From Diplonema japonicum (lineage: Eukaryota > Protista > Euglenozoa: Diplonemea): 64,000 nt of DNA. Each line of letters opens with the position of its first letter. The stretch's first letter is position 1. This document shows, piece after piece, positions 25,839 through 36,547 of the stretch. A program made the translations under genes and the position numbers. Location of the stretch: positions 248,001-312,000 of the forward strand of contig OZ025687.1 in NCBI GenBank assembly GCA_964019335.1, given 5' to 3'. The notes below the pieces were generated by a model. That model was not told where the DNA came from. It saw only the letters and a list, made by a program, of their open reading frames with translations, and made no database searches.

Positions 25839-26369
25839 TTACCCGGATGTAGGGAGCGCGTTGATATGATCAGAGCTGCCAGAGGAGTGAAACTGCACGT
25901 TGGTGCCATGGCAGAGGCAGGTCATCCTCTGTGTGGTGGGGGTGGCCTCACAAGTGGGGGATCCCATCCACCAGTTGTTATGGGTGGAGTAGTGCCCTTG
26001 AGCAATGCGAAAATCACTGCAAACTGCTTTCTGGGTACCGAAAGTCAAGGTGAGATTGCCGAAGATAGCGAAGTTGAGATCGTGTGGCAGAGCGTCTAAT
26101 GCGTGCTCCGTCGGCAGCACGTTAAGTAGCGACAGCCCATCCACAAAGGCAGCTGCCACACTTGTTGTGCCATGCCTCCCTGCCTTCACCAGTAGCCCAT
26201 CGCCTTGAACTGAGACACCTCCCCATGGCTGACCAGAACTAACTGCATGTGTTGTTAAGCTAAAGTTCACCTTCACCGTGCCATTTCCATCAAAGTACAC
26301 CCAATTATCTTTCATGTCTTCAGCCAAAACGCCAGCGGCGGCGACAAACAGAAGGCATACCCGCAGCAT
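25839..26369 (-). CDS. Secreted hypothetical protein, 176 aa
   Basis: Signal-peptide-like MLRVCLLFVAAAGVLA; motif-like IAQGHYSTHNNWWMG; several Cys. Confidence 0.75.
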   Translation of the reverse strand: MLRVCLLFVAAAGVLAEDMKDNWVYFDGNGTVKVNFSLTTHAVSSGQPWGGVSVQGDGLLVKAGRHGTTSVAAAFVDGLSLLNVLPTEHALDALPHDLNFAIFGNLTLTFGTQKAVCSDFRIAQGHYSTHNNWWMGSPTCEATPTTQRMTCLCHGTNVQFHSSGSSDHINALPTSG

Positions 26370-26829
26370 TGTCTCTCCTTTCTGCTTTTTTTTTTTCTCC
26401 CTGAATACGGGGGTCGATAGAAAATAAAAACGAGGAATAAAAAAAAGAAAAGAAAAAAGGAGTACTAAAAAAAAAAAGGCGAAAAGGAGGACAAAGAGCA
26501 AAAAAAAAAAAAAAAAAAAAAAAAAAGAAAAGAAAATAAATAACAAACACAACGTGACAAATCGACACGGAGCCCGAAAGCAGGAAGAAAAAGTGAGGAA
26601 AACGAAAGAATAGGGGAAAGCATTAAGAACGGGGGGGGGGGGGGGGGGGGGGGGATTCAAGTTTGAATGATGACAAATGAAATAAAAAAAAGCCCCTGGA
26701 GGAGTGACATCGACTCGGAGCATTCAAAGCAGACAAGCACTAATGATGCTAAGGGACTCGGCTTGCAGGCAGTCTCAGCCATCTGCGAAGCACAAAATGA
26801 GAATAAAGAAAAACGGCAAAGGTATGGGT

Positions 26830-27852
26830 CTATTCCTCGTGGCCCTCCATGACGTTCTTGCCCTTGGACCAGAGACCAGCCTTCCACATGTCAGACATAC
26901 CAGTCTCACCAGCCTTGCCAGGCTGCGTGAGGTAGTCGTAGAAGGCCTGGGGCTTCTTCCCGGTCAGGTTGTAGAAGTCAGGGGAGCACCTGGTGTAGAA
27001 CCCGTTGCGGAGGTACTCGAAGAAGGCACGCCTCTGGGGCCCGAAGTCCTTCTCGAACTGGTCAATGTCCTGCGCCCTGTACTCCACAGGCTTGCCAAGA
27101 GCCTTCGCCAGATCAGCAGCAACATCGTGCATGGAGGCGGGGACAGGCCCGGTGAGGTCGTAGTACTTGTCACCGTGCTGCTGCACACCACCAAGGAACA
27201 CCACGGCGGCGGCCTCACCAAGGTCGTTCGTCGACACGAAGGAGTTCTTGGTCTCGCCAAGGGGCGACGAGAAGAAGCCGTTCTCGTCGATGTTGCTGGT
27301 CTCGGGCTTCACAATGTGGCCCTGGAAGAAGTTCGCCCTGAGAACGGTGGTGTTCTTGGGGAGCTCCCTGATGAGGACCTCCTCGTCCCTCCAGTAGCCC
27401 CTGAGCATCCCCGGGATGCCGGTGCCCGGGATCGAGGCGTGGACGTCGTGGTCGTAGGAGGCGGTGTTGTGGTCAGCACCGAAGCACGACAGCCTCACAG
27501 CGTGTTCCATCTTGCCGTAGTCGCCGAGGGCCTTGCAGAAGGCGGCGTGCCCGTCCGCCTGCGGGTCAGGGTTGGCAGAGAACACCTGAGTCATGCCATC
27601 GATGGCGGGGACGAAGCTCTCGGCCTTGTCGTAGTCGAAGGTGACGACCTCATCGGCACCAAGGCTCTTCACGAAGTCGGCCTTCGACTCAGTGCGCACG
27701 GCAGCACGGATGAAGACGTCTCTGTGTGGTGTGGTGTGGTGTGGTATATCACTTTCATACCTTCCGCCCTTGCGAGCCTCGTTCAGGTGAGCAATCAGCT
27801 CCTTACCCACACGGCCAGTGGCCTGCGTAACAAGAACCCTCAGAGGTGCCAT
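26830..27852 (-). CDS. NmrA-like oxidoreductase, copy 3; intron 27722-27760
   Basis: A 39-nt in-frame GTATG...CAG intron at the same site as in copy 1; 327 aa after splicing. Confidence 0.9.
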   Translation of the reverse strand: MAPLRVLVTQATGRVGKELIAHLNEARKGGRYESDIPHHTTPHRDVFIRAAVRTESKADFVKSLGADEVVTFDYDKAESFVPAIDGMTQVFSANPDPQADGHAAFCKALGDYGKMEHAVRLSCFGADHNTASYDHDVHASIPGTGIPGMLRGYWRDEEVLIRELPKNTTVLRANFFQGHIVKPETSNIDENGFFSSPLGETKNSFVSTNDLGEAAAVVFLGGVQQHGDKYYDLTGPVPASMHDVAADLAKALGKPVEYRAQDIDQFEKDFGPQRRAFFEYLRNGFYTRCSPDFYNLTGKKPQAFYDYLTQPGKAGETGMSDMWKAGLWSKGKNVMEGHEE

Positions 27853-28193
27853 TTTAATTTTTTGAGTTTATAATCAACCGCTGCTTAAGTGTTCGAAATG
27901 TGACATAGAGGAGGTTGGCAATCAATAAGGGGGATATGGTGGGGGGGGGGGGGGGGCACAAATAATAATGGGGAATAAAAGGAGTAATAATTAAAGGAAA
28001 CGATAAAAGAAAAAAAAAAAACTATAAAAAGAAAAAAAACAATAAGCGCAGCAGCATCACATTGCATAATGTCTATGGCCGCTTTGGATGGCTAGTGTTC
28101 AACCATCATGCATGCTCACCCCAAAAATAAAAGTTAAAACCAAATAAACCAGTCTCGGAGGAAACGTTCGCTAGTGTTAAGTGAATAACGTAT

Positions 28194-28796
28194 CTAGTTC
28201 TCGGCCTCGAAGAACTCAAGGCTGCCCTTGGGGTCCGCCTTCATGGTCTTGTCACCAGGCTTCCATCCACAGGGGACCACCTCACCGTGCTCGTCGTTGT
28301 ACTGGAAGGCCTGCACCACACGGAGCACCTCGTCCACGTTGCGCCCCACAGGAAGGTCGTTGATGGTGATGTGGCGGAGGGTTCCCTGCGCGTCGATCAC
28401 GTACAGAGCACGGAGGGCAACACCTTGGGCGTCACCGTCGCACACAAGGGCACCGTAGTCGGCAGCGATCTGCTTCGTGATGTCCGCAAGGATGGGGATC
28501 TTCATCTCACCGAGACCACCCTTGTTGCGGTCCTGCTTGGTCCAGGCAAGGTGGCTGAACTTGCTGTCCACAGAGCAGGCGATCACCTCACATCCGACCT
28601 TCTTGAACTCGTCGTACCTGTCGGAGAAGGCGGTGATCTCCGTGGGGCACACGAAGGTGAAGTCGAGGGGGTAGAAGAACAGCACCACGTACTTCCCCTT
28701 GTAGTCAGAAAGGGACACGGTGTTGAAGCTCCCATCGGGCATCAGGGCCTCGGCCTTGAAAACGGGGGCGGGCTTCTGGACAATGGCCTTCGACAT
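28194..28796 (-). CDS. 2-Cys peroxiredoxin, copy 4
   Basis: Protein identical to copy 1. Confidence 0.97.
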   Translation of the reverse strand: MSKAIVQKPAPVFKAEALMPDGSFNTVSLSDYKGKYVVLFFYPLDFTFVCPTEITAFSDRYDEFKKVGCEVIACSVDSKFSHLAWTKQDRNKGGLGEMKIPILADITKQIAADYGALVCDGDAQGVALRALYVIDAQGTLRHITINDLPVGRNVDEVLRVVQAFQYNDEHGEVVPCGWKPGDKTMKADPKGSLEFFEAEN

Positions 28797-29350
28797 TTTT
28801 TTTTTAAATCAAGTTTTTCTTTTTTTGCTAAGCGAGAACTGTGAGATGGTACAGGAGTCATCAAGGAAGAAGAGGGAAAGAAAGAAAACACAATAAATGG
28901 GGGGCAGGGGAAAGCAGCACAAGAGAGGACTCCATGCCGCCTTGTTCACCTGTCATTGTAGTATTTATAGTAGACAACGCATGAAGTGTATTTCCTCTGC
29001 CCCACAGGGCACCAACGGGTACCTTGGGAAGTGAGTAGGAAGCTACACCACCATCGCTAGCTTGTCGTGGATGCACGGCTTGGCGGCCAGTATGGCCGTG
29101 CATTCCCCCAAATAGGAAAAAGAGAAGGAAGAAAGGAAGGAAGGAAAACAAACAAAAATAAATTGTGTGGCTATGGCAGCAGCCCGTTCAAGCCAAGAAG
29201 AAGAGAAGAAAACAACAGTAAACACCAGTCTCTCGTAGAAAGGGGGAACCGAAACGGAGTGCAGAGCAAAGGTGTGTGTTGCCAGAGTAGGATGGTGGGA
29301 TCAAGGTGATGTAACTCCATCTACCTATCATCCATCGTGTTTGGGTCTTC

Positions 29351-29950
29351 TCAGTTATCCGCATCGAAGAACTCAAGGCTGCCCTTGGGGTCCGCCTTCA
29401 TGGTCTTGTCACCAGGCTTCCATCCACAGGGGACCACCTCACCGTGCTCGTCGTTGTACTGGAAGGCCTGCACCACACGGAGCACCTCGTCCACGTTGCG
29501 CCCCACAGGAAGGTCGTTGATGGTGATGTGGCGGAGGGTTCCCTGCGCGTCGATCACGTACAGAGCACGGAGGGCAACACCTTGGGCGTCACCGTCGCAC
29601 ACAAGGGCACCGTAGTCGGCAGCTATCTGCTTCGTGATGTCCGCAAGGATGGGGATCTTCATCGCCCCAAGACCACCCTTGTTGCGATCCTGCTTGGTCC
29701 AGGCAAGGTGGCTGAACTTGCTGTCCACAGAGCAGGCGATCACCTCACATCCGACCTTCTTGAACTCGTCGTACCTGTCGGAGAAGGCGGTGATCTCCGT
29801 GGGGCACACGAAGGTGAAGTCGAGGGGGTAGAAGAACAGCACCACGTACTTCCCCTTGTAGTCAGAAAGGGACACGGTGTTGAAGCTCCCATCGGGCATC
29901 AGGGCCTCGGCCTTGAAAACGGGGGCGGGCTTCTGGACAATGGCCTTCGA

Positions 29951-29953
<3 letters not shown>
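29351..29953 (-). CDS. 2-Cys peroxiredoxin, copy 5
   Basis: Same motifs; start at MSKAIV after a poly-A leader. Confidence 0.96.
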
Positions 29954-29997
<44 letters not shown>

Positions 29998-30156
29998 GCG
30001 AATCGAAGTTGTCGATCTGACAATACAACAACAAAGAAAAAGGAAAGGGTAAAAAGGAAGAAAAAAAAACAAAATAAAAAGAACAAGGGGAAGAGCGGGG
30101 GGGGGGGGGGGGGGGGGGGGGAATGCACAGCATAAACATCTAAATATTACAAAAGG

Positions 30157-31185
30157 TTATCTAAAAGGCACAGCTGTGACCGAGCGACTCCTAGACCTCC
30201 CGTGCCGCAAGGAGGGAGACGCGGCCTTCATCAATTCCAGCTTGGTGTGCTCAATTTTGACAGCTGAGAATCTGCCTGGGTTAGGGGGCGGCGAGGCAGA
30301 GGAACTATGAGTAGAGAACTTGGGAGCCAGCTTCATGGTCTCTATACAGTCCGCCCTCGACCCCATGAGCCTATGGTAGGAATTCGTCCGTATAGATGCC
30401 ATCGGCGAACGAAGAGGAGAAGCGGTTCGTTTAATCTGTGAGGCGGGAAGCTCAATGCTTTTGGAACGTAATTTTTTGGCGACTTTTTGCAAGGCGACGG
30501 ACGCCTTCTTTATCTCTTCTTGTTCTTTTCTCCAAGCCGCCTCTTCAGCACGCTTTCGCTTCCTGCTCTCCAGCAGCTCTTTTTCCCGTTCTAGGACACG
30601 CATACCGAGAGCTTTTCTCTCCTCAACCTTCTGTCGTTCGGACTGCATGCGTTCCTCTTCACAGAGGACGTCATGCATGGCACGGTGTAGCTCGCTTTCA
30701 TGTTTTCGAATGGCGGTGATCCGGTCGACTACTTTTTGGGATCGCCGTTCAGAGGAGAGAAATTGAAGTTTCTTCGCGTCCTCGGAGTGCTTCTTTTTGT
30801 ATTGTTTGGCAAGCTCTGTTTGGTGTTCTTTGTGTACGAGGTTGGCAACGATGGTCTTCCGGCGTGCCTCGTCGTCTTGTTTGATTCGCTCCTTGTTGGC
30901 GATGGTTGTGTTGGGTGACACGCTCCTGTGGTGGCTTCGCTTGCTAAATGATCGTGTTGCGAGTTTGAGGTCTTCTGCAAATGCGTGTTTCTTCACAGAT
31001 TCCTCACGGACCCAGTTGGTCAGGGCTGACCTCGCCGCTGCTTGCTCTTGTCGGGCGACATTTTGTAATGCTTGCTGTTGTTGCCTCTTTGACGCCTCTT
31101 CCAGCCTCTCCACTGTTGCCTTATCTGTGCTTTTTGACCGGGATCTGCTCATAGACCGGCTGCTGGATAGGCCTCGGTATGCCAT
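30157..31185 (-). CDS. Basic coiled-coil hypothetical protein
   Basis: Open frame from MAYRGL after an A-rich leader; R/K/E-rich helical sequence. Confidence 0.75.
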   Translation of the reverse strand: MAYRGLSSSRSMSRSRSKSTDKATVERLEEASKRQQQQALQNVARQEQAAARSALTNWVREESVKKHAFAEDLKLATRSFSKRSHHRSVSPNTTIANKERIKQDDEARRKTIVANLVHKEHQTELAKQYKKKHSEDAKKLQFLSSERRSQKVVDRITAIRKHESELHRAMHDVLCEEERMQSERQKVEERKALGMRVLEREKELLESRKRKRAEEAAWRKEQEEIKKASVALQKVAKKLRSKSIELPASQIKRTASPLRSPMASIRTNSYHRLMGSRADCIETMKLAPKFSTHSSSASPPPNPGRFSAVKIEHTKLELMKAASPSLRHGRSRSRSVTAVPFR

Positions 31186-32679
31186 ATCGTGTTTTTTTTT
31201 TTTTTTTTCCCCTTTTTTTTTTGTTATTTTTTGCAAATTGAGGGTATGTGTGTGACAGAAAAAAATTAAGGGGGGGGGGAGAAATATAATAAAAATAAAA
31301 TAAAAAAAACTCGGGGGGAAAGAAAAAAGAAATGGAGGAAGGAGAGAGACGGAGAGACAGAGAGAAAACCATAATTCTTTCTTTTTTTTTCCCCCCTTTC
31401 CACCCCTTAAAAAAAAGGCTATGGCATAAGAAAGTGTCTGTAAATAAAAAAATGCAAAGGTGAAAGTGCAAGAAAACGAAGAAGGGGGGGGGGGGGGGAA
31501 GGAAATTAATAATGAAGGGAAAGCGGTTTGTGCGGGGTTTTTTGTTTTGTTTTTGTTTGTTCTTCTTTTTTTTTCTCCCCCTCCCCTTCATTCTTGACCC
31601 CTTTTTTTTTGTTGGTTTGGTTTTTCTTTATTTTTATGTTCGTTCCTTTTAATTGCCAAAAATTCGCATTTTTTTTTGAATCGTTCAATTTTTTTTATCT
31701 TTTTTTTTCTTCTTCCTCCTTATTTGTCAATGACAATGAAATCATACTTGACCCAACGGTTGAAAAAAAAAGTGGGGGGGGGGAACTAAATTTTGGTTTT
31801 GAAAGACAACTCCACCGGTAGTATATCTCTTTGTAGTTTGGGATTTAAAAAAAAAAAAAAAGTACTGTAAAATGAAAAAATGTCGTCGAACTGATAAATG
31901 TCCGGACAGAAAAAAAAAAACTTTTTTTTGGACCAGTCGCACAAGTTGCGAGAAAATCCCCCCCGGACAAAAAAAAGAAACTTTTGTTAAAAATTTCTAA
32001 TCTTAGTATCCTAGCACTTTTTTTTTCTTTTTCCCATTCTAGAGAACTATTTACGGTAAGTCAAGTTTGTCGCTCATGCCTTACCAGAGTTGCTAATTAA
32101 TCTGCAACAAAGCCGCCAAGACCTTTCAGGACACAATAGCAAAGAGAGAATCGATGGAATTTCATAACTGCACGGGAGTGTGATCATGAAACCCTCATAT
32201 TTCTCAAGCTTTTGCTACAATTTTTCTTTTTTTTTTTTTGAAGTCATAAAGCGAGTGAAGAAGAAAGAAGGGGGTGGGAGAAAAAAAAAAGGGTCCTGTG
32301 ATGGGAAGCACCAAACACGAGACGCCCCATCAATTAAGGTTTCTATTTTTCTTATTCGTTCATAAAAAAAAAGAAGAAAAGGCACATGATGGGGAGAAGT
32401 GAAGAGGAAACGACTTAAATTATCGTTTTAAAGGGGGGGGGAGAGTGAGAGCACTATTCTAGGTGAGACTAAATTAGACCGTTGGATGGAGAAAGAAGAA
32501 ATAAAAGCGAGTTATTTACTTTGGTTCCTAAGGCTGTCGTCATGTCTCACCTAGAGTTACCAGATGACTAAAAAAAAAAAAATAATAATAATAATAAATA
32601 AAAAATCAAGCAGCAATAAGGGAAATAAAAGGAACAAAATCTTATGGGGTCCGACATACTTCCCAGGTTTTTTTTTTTT

Positions 32680-32711
<32 letters not shown>

Positions 32712-32894
32712 TTTTTTTTTGTGAAACTTCTCCAAGTTGTTCAGAAGAAAGGGAATCAGTAGAACAGCGGTTGTCCCATCATGAATAAGAAGGCAAGGGC
32801 TAGTTGCCGTCCAGTGACATCTTAAGCACAAAGGAAATAAGGGAGAAGGGGGGTCTGGCATCGTCCTCCCTGCTTGCTAGACAAGTAAAAACTT

Positions 32895-32948
<54 letters not shown>

Positions 32949-33813
32949 CATGGGTTAGTTTTCTTTTTCATTTTTTTTTCTTTTTTTTTTTTTCAAACAA
33001 AGAATAAGATGCTTTCTTTATTTTAATTTTATTTAAATTATTTAACCACCCCTTTCACTTTCTCCTTTTTTTTTTTCTTTTTTTTTAAAAAAAGAAAGTG
33101 AGCTATTAGAAGAAAAAAAAATATTATAACAAAAACCTTACTAGATTTTTTTTTCGTTTTTTTTTTTTTTTTTTTTTCTTTCCCTTCGACTTCTCTTTTT
33201 TTTGTCAAGAAAAAAAAATCTTTTGATTAAATCTTAGAACAGCAGCCCTCTTCCGTGCAGAGGCAAACGCCCTCATAAGAAGAAGGGAAGGAAGGGAAGG
33301 GAAGGGGGGGGGGGGACAAAAATGAGACGAAACAGCTACAAACGGACTTCTTTCTTTTTTCTCTTTTTTTGTTCTTTTTTTTTTTCTCACTTTTCTTTTT
33401 CTTCTTTCTGTGGCAAAAAAAAAAAAGAAAAGAAAAAAAAAGGGTAGGGAAAAAACGAGTCGAGAAAAAAAAAAGAAAAAAAAGAGAGAAGAGAAAAAAA
33501 AAAGAAAAAAAAAGAGACAGCGCATCCCAAACCCCCTGCGCTCCCCCAACAAGGTTATATCAGAGTATAGAGCATCAACCTACAAAAAATTGCTCATACC
33601 ACAGTGTACCTTGTGTAGGGTGGGGTGTCCTCTTTTTTTTTCTTTTTTTCTTCTTTTTTTTTCTTTTAATAAAACCTCCCCCGACGAGGCCATCTCACTA
33701 GGGGAAAAAGGGGTGGGAAAGTGTGGTGGGGGAGAGACAAAGGAGAAAAAAAAAAAAATATAACTAGGAAAAAGAAAAAAAAGAAAAAAAAATATGAATT
33801 AATAAAAGCCCCG

Positions 33814-34479
33814 TTACGCTATAACACATTCACAATGGGCCCGCGTTACAGGAGGCCGGGAATTCTTGGAGCGAAGGTTGGGAGGGGGCCGAGATGGCTG
33901 CGCAAGGTACTCATTAAGAGTGCCGTGAGGGTGGACGGAGGCTACAGGTCGACCTTCCTTGACAGCCTTCTCCGAGTGATAGTCAATGACCAGAATATTC
34001 TTATGGAGGCTAACAAGGGTAGTCCTGCGCCTTGGGAGAGTTCCGGCAAACAGAAAACTGAAGATATCAATAAGATTGCGGTGTTCCACTGCAAAACCCG
34101 GTCCCAGACCCATAGATAGGTTGTTGTCCTCTGCTTCCTCAGGCCGCCTTTTCGAGAGCCCCCACAGCGTTGCTACTATCTCCTTCCTATGCTTGGGCAG
34201 ATACCCAGCAAGTCTTACCCACAGTTTTCCCCCGTCGGGGCCCCTCTTCACACAGCTTGGTGATAACCCGTCCTTGATGTCGTCTGACGTGGACTCTGAG
34301 CTGTTGCTGGTTGTCGTAAGGCTGTTATTGTTGGTGGTGTAGGTGTTATTCAAGGTGTTGTTGCTCTTGCTCGTCCACTGCGGTCCTGCGTCCATTGCCT
34401 TGTACGAGTTGTCCTTCTTGTCTTTCTCCTTTCCTTTATTTCTCTTCAGGCTTAACGACATTCTCCTGGGCCTGCTCAT
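33814..34479 (-). CDS. Hypothetical protein with C-terminal CaaX box (CECVIA)
   Basis: ORF from MSRPRR; ends in CVIA-stop with a second Cys just upstream. Confidence 0.7.
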   Translation of the reverse strand: MSRPRRMSLSLKRNKGKEKDKKDNSYKAMDAGPQWTSKSNNTLNNTYTTNNNSLTTTSNSSESTSDDIKDGLSPSCVKRGPDGGKLWVRLAGYLPKHRKEIVATLWGLSKRRPEEAEDNNLSMGLGPGFAVEHRNLIDIFSFLFAGTLPRRRTTLVSLHKNILVIDYHSEKAVKEGRPVASVHPHGTLNEYLAQPSRPPPNLRSKNSRPPVTRAHCECVIA

Positions 34480-34899
34480 TTTCTTTTTTTTTTTTGTTCT
34501 TCCCCTCTTTTTCTTTTTCCCCCCCAAATGATTACAGAAAGAAAAAAGAAATGAAAAATCAGATTGTTAGTTAAAAAAAACAGGTTAAAGAGTAGCGTAA
34601 AAACCTTCTCAGTAGCAAAGTCCTAGTTTCGCAGAATGTAAAGAAACGAGCCACTGCTGAGACCCTGAACGTCAGGTGGCCGCAACCTCGAAGGTCCCTT
34701 CTGTTAATTGAGTAGCATTTTAACTAACCCACCCCACAGCCTGCTACCCTGTAAAAAAACATTTATAAGCCATCCCTGTGTAATTGTTCCTGTAAGTTGT
34801 AATTTCAGGGGGAAATTCTAGGGGGGGGGTAAAAAAGTGATAAGTATGATAGAACCGACGAATAAGGGGGAAGAAGAAAAAGATTTCCCGTCACCTTCA

Positions 34900-35490
34900 T
34901 CATGCGCGTTTTCTTTTCTTTGCGTTTCTCTTTGTCTTGTTCTTCCTGAGCCGGGACCTTTCTTTGCTGTCGATCTTGGCCTGCTTCTGGTAAGTGTGAT
35001 CGTTGAGCAGTTGCGCTGCGGCCTCTGTTTTGAGGATGGATTTGACCATGCTTGAGGCGAGGCTTTTCCTTCTCGTTGTTTTCGCGTACGGTGCGTTGAT
35101 GTCGGTCTTGCTGCCCACTTCTTGACCAAACTCGTAGTATTCGGGGAGTTTTTCCTTCCCGGGCCGCTTGTATGCGGACCCGTTAAGGTAGTTGCTCCAT
35201 TTCAGCAACTTCAAAGCTTGCTTTGCTTCGTTGTCCTGCGAACCCTTCGTCATCCCACCCCACTTCGACAGCGTTGTCGCATTCACCAATTTTCGTTGCT
35301 TTTTCTCCTTATTTTTTTCCAGCGGGTTCGGCACAGTACTTTTATCCTGATTTTTTTTTTAAAAACTTTTTTTTGGGAGGGGAGGGAGGCGGGGGGGGGC
35401 ACATACTAAAAATTCATCTTTTGTGGTGACTGCATGCTTGCTCAACAACTCATCTATGTCATTTGGTATCGCTCGGGTGCGCTTTACCAT
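34900..35490 (-). CDS. FCF2: Fcf2-domain pre-rRNA processing protein; intron 35347-35406
   Basis: W..M....LKLLKW.NYL....YKR....LPEYYEFG pattern recalls Fcf2/DNTTIP2. An upstream ATG exon joins through a 60-nt GTATG...CAG intron; 176 aa, basic tail. Confidence 0.7.
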
Positions 35491-35688
35491 TTTTTTTTAA
35501 ATATATATTTTCGTTTTGTTTTGTGTGTCTTTTGTGCTAACGTGTTTCATTAGTCCGATGCAAGAAACGGGAAAAAGAAAAAAGAAAAAACCGAAGAACT
35601 AAAAGACATTGCCTGAAGAGAGAAGAAAAGACAAGTCGAAATTTTTATTTTTATTCATTTTTTTTTTTTCCAGATTATTGGCGAAAAA

Positions 35689-35721
<33 letters not shown>

Positions 35722-35931
35722 AAAAGAAAGAAAGATACTGGAACTGTACTTTCACGCGTACCTTTTGTTTAGTCAAAAGACCGGGGAAGGGAGGGGGGAA
35801 GGGGAAGGGCATAATATACCCCTCTGTGTTTTGTTGAAGCTGTACTTCAAACCGCTAACGGTACCATCTTCCCTTTTTCTCTTTTTTTTTTCTCTTTTCC
35901 AAGGGACAAAGAAGAAAGGTATTCTGAAGAG

Positions 35932-36114
35932 TCCATATTTTTCAGGCGAGTCAATAGGAGTCAAGAGGATATCGCACCCCTTGACGCCTATCCCGTAAGT
36001 CCTGCTGTTGCCCCTTGAGAAAGGAACAGAGCAGGAAGGCTTTCTCTGTATCAGAGAAAAAGGGCTTGCCCTTTGTGTTGTTTTTAAGCTTACGAGCTCA
36101 GGCCGTCACATGGA
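35932..36114 (-). promoter_or_regulatory. Structured RNA element in the SelT 3' region; candidate non-canonical SECIS
   Basis: TCCAT/ATGGA helix, GTGAC/TGAA quartet, GGC..GAG/CTCGCC helix and five further helices; G-U wobbles favour the minus strand. Confidence 0.45.
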
Positions 36115-36507
36115 ATGGCTTGTCTCAGAGCGCTTCCCATACTTCTTCCTTTCAAAAGAAAAAAAAAAGGGGGAGGGGAGAAGACTCCAGGAGAGCGTCA
36201 AAAGTCAGGGGGTTGATCACTCTTTCTTTGTTTAAAAAAAAAAAAAAAAATTAAGGGGAAATTTTTTTTGGAAAGTCAAGAAACCACTGTAAATCGAAAA
36301 AAGATCATGCCCTCATGGCTGGACATTATCCCGCTACTAAAACTTTTAATTTCTCTCTCTCTCTCTCTCTCTTATCTTTCGCTAAGAGAACGTCTCGCAT
36401 GTGCTGAGTATGATTTTCCCTTCCCCTTTTCTCTTTCGTTTCTCAGCTTAGTGCAGCGTTTTTTTTCACTTCAAAAAAGTTTCTTTGCTCAGACGGCTTT
36501 CCATAAA

Positions 36508-36538
<31 letters not shown>

Positions 36539-36547
36539 CTGGTACTT

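Larger units (their letters stand above)
28191..29969. repeat. ~1.78-kb direct repeat (Prx-spacer-Prx), copy B
   Basis: Near-identical to 2064-3842. Confidence 0.95.

Noticed and set aside
31760-31990. Second copy of the MITE
   Set aside because: Only short ccggaca-A-run similarities; no paired TIRs or TSD.
35410-35470. ATGA...AA...GA pattern as the SelT SECIS
   Set aside because: Pairing is poor and the segment is the first coding exon of the Fcf2-like gene.
35905-36155. RNase P/MRP, U3 or SRP RNA identity for the structured element
   Set aside because: Only fragmentary resemblance (GGGAAG..TCTGAG / TTCAGA); diagnostic boxes not found by eye. Not fully excluded without Rfam.
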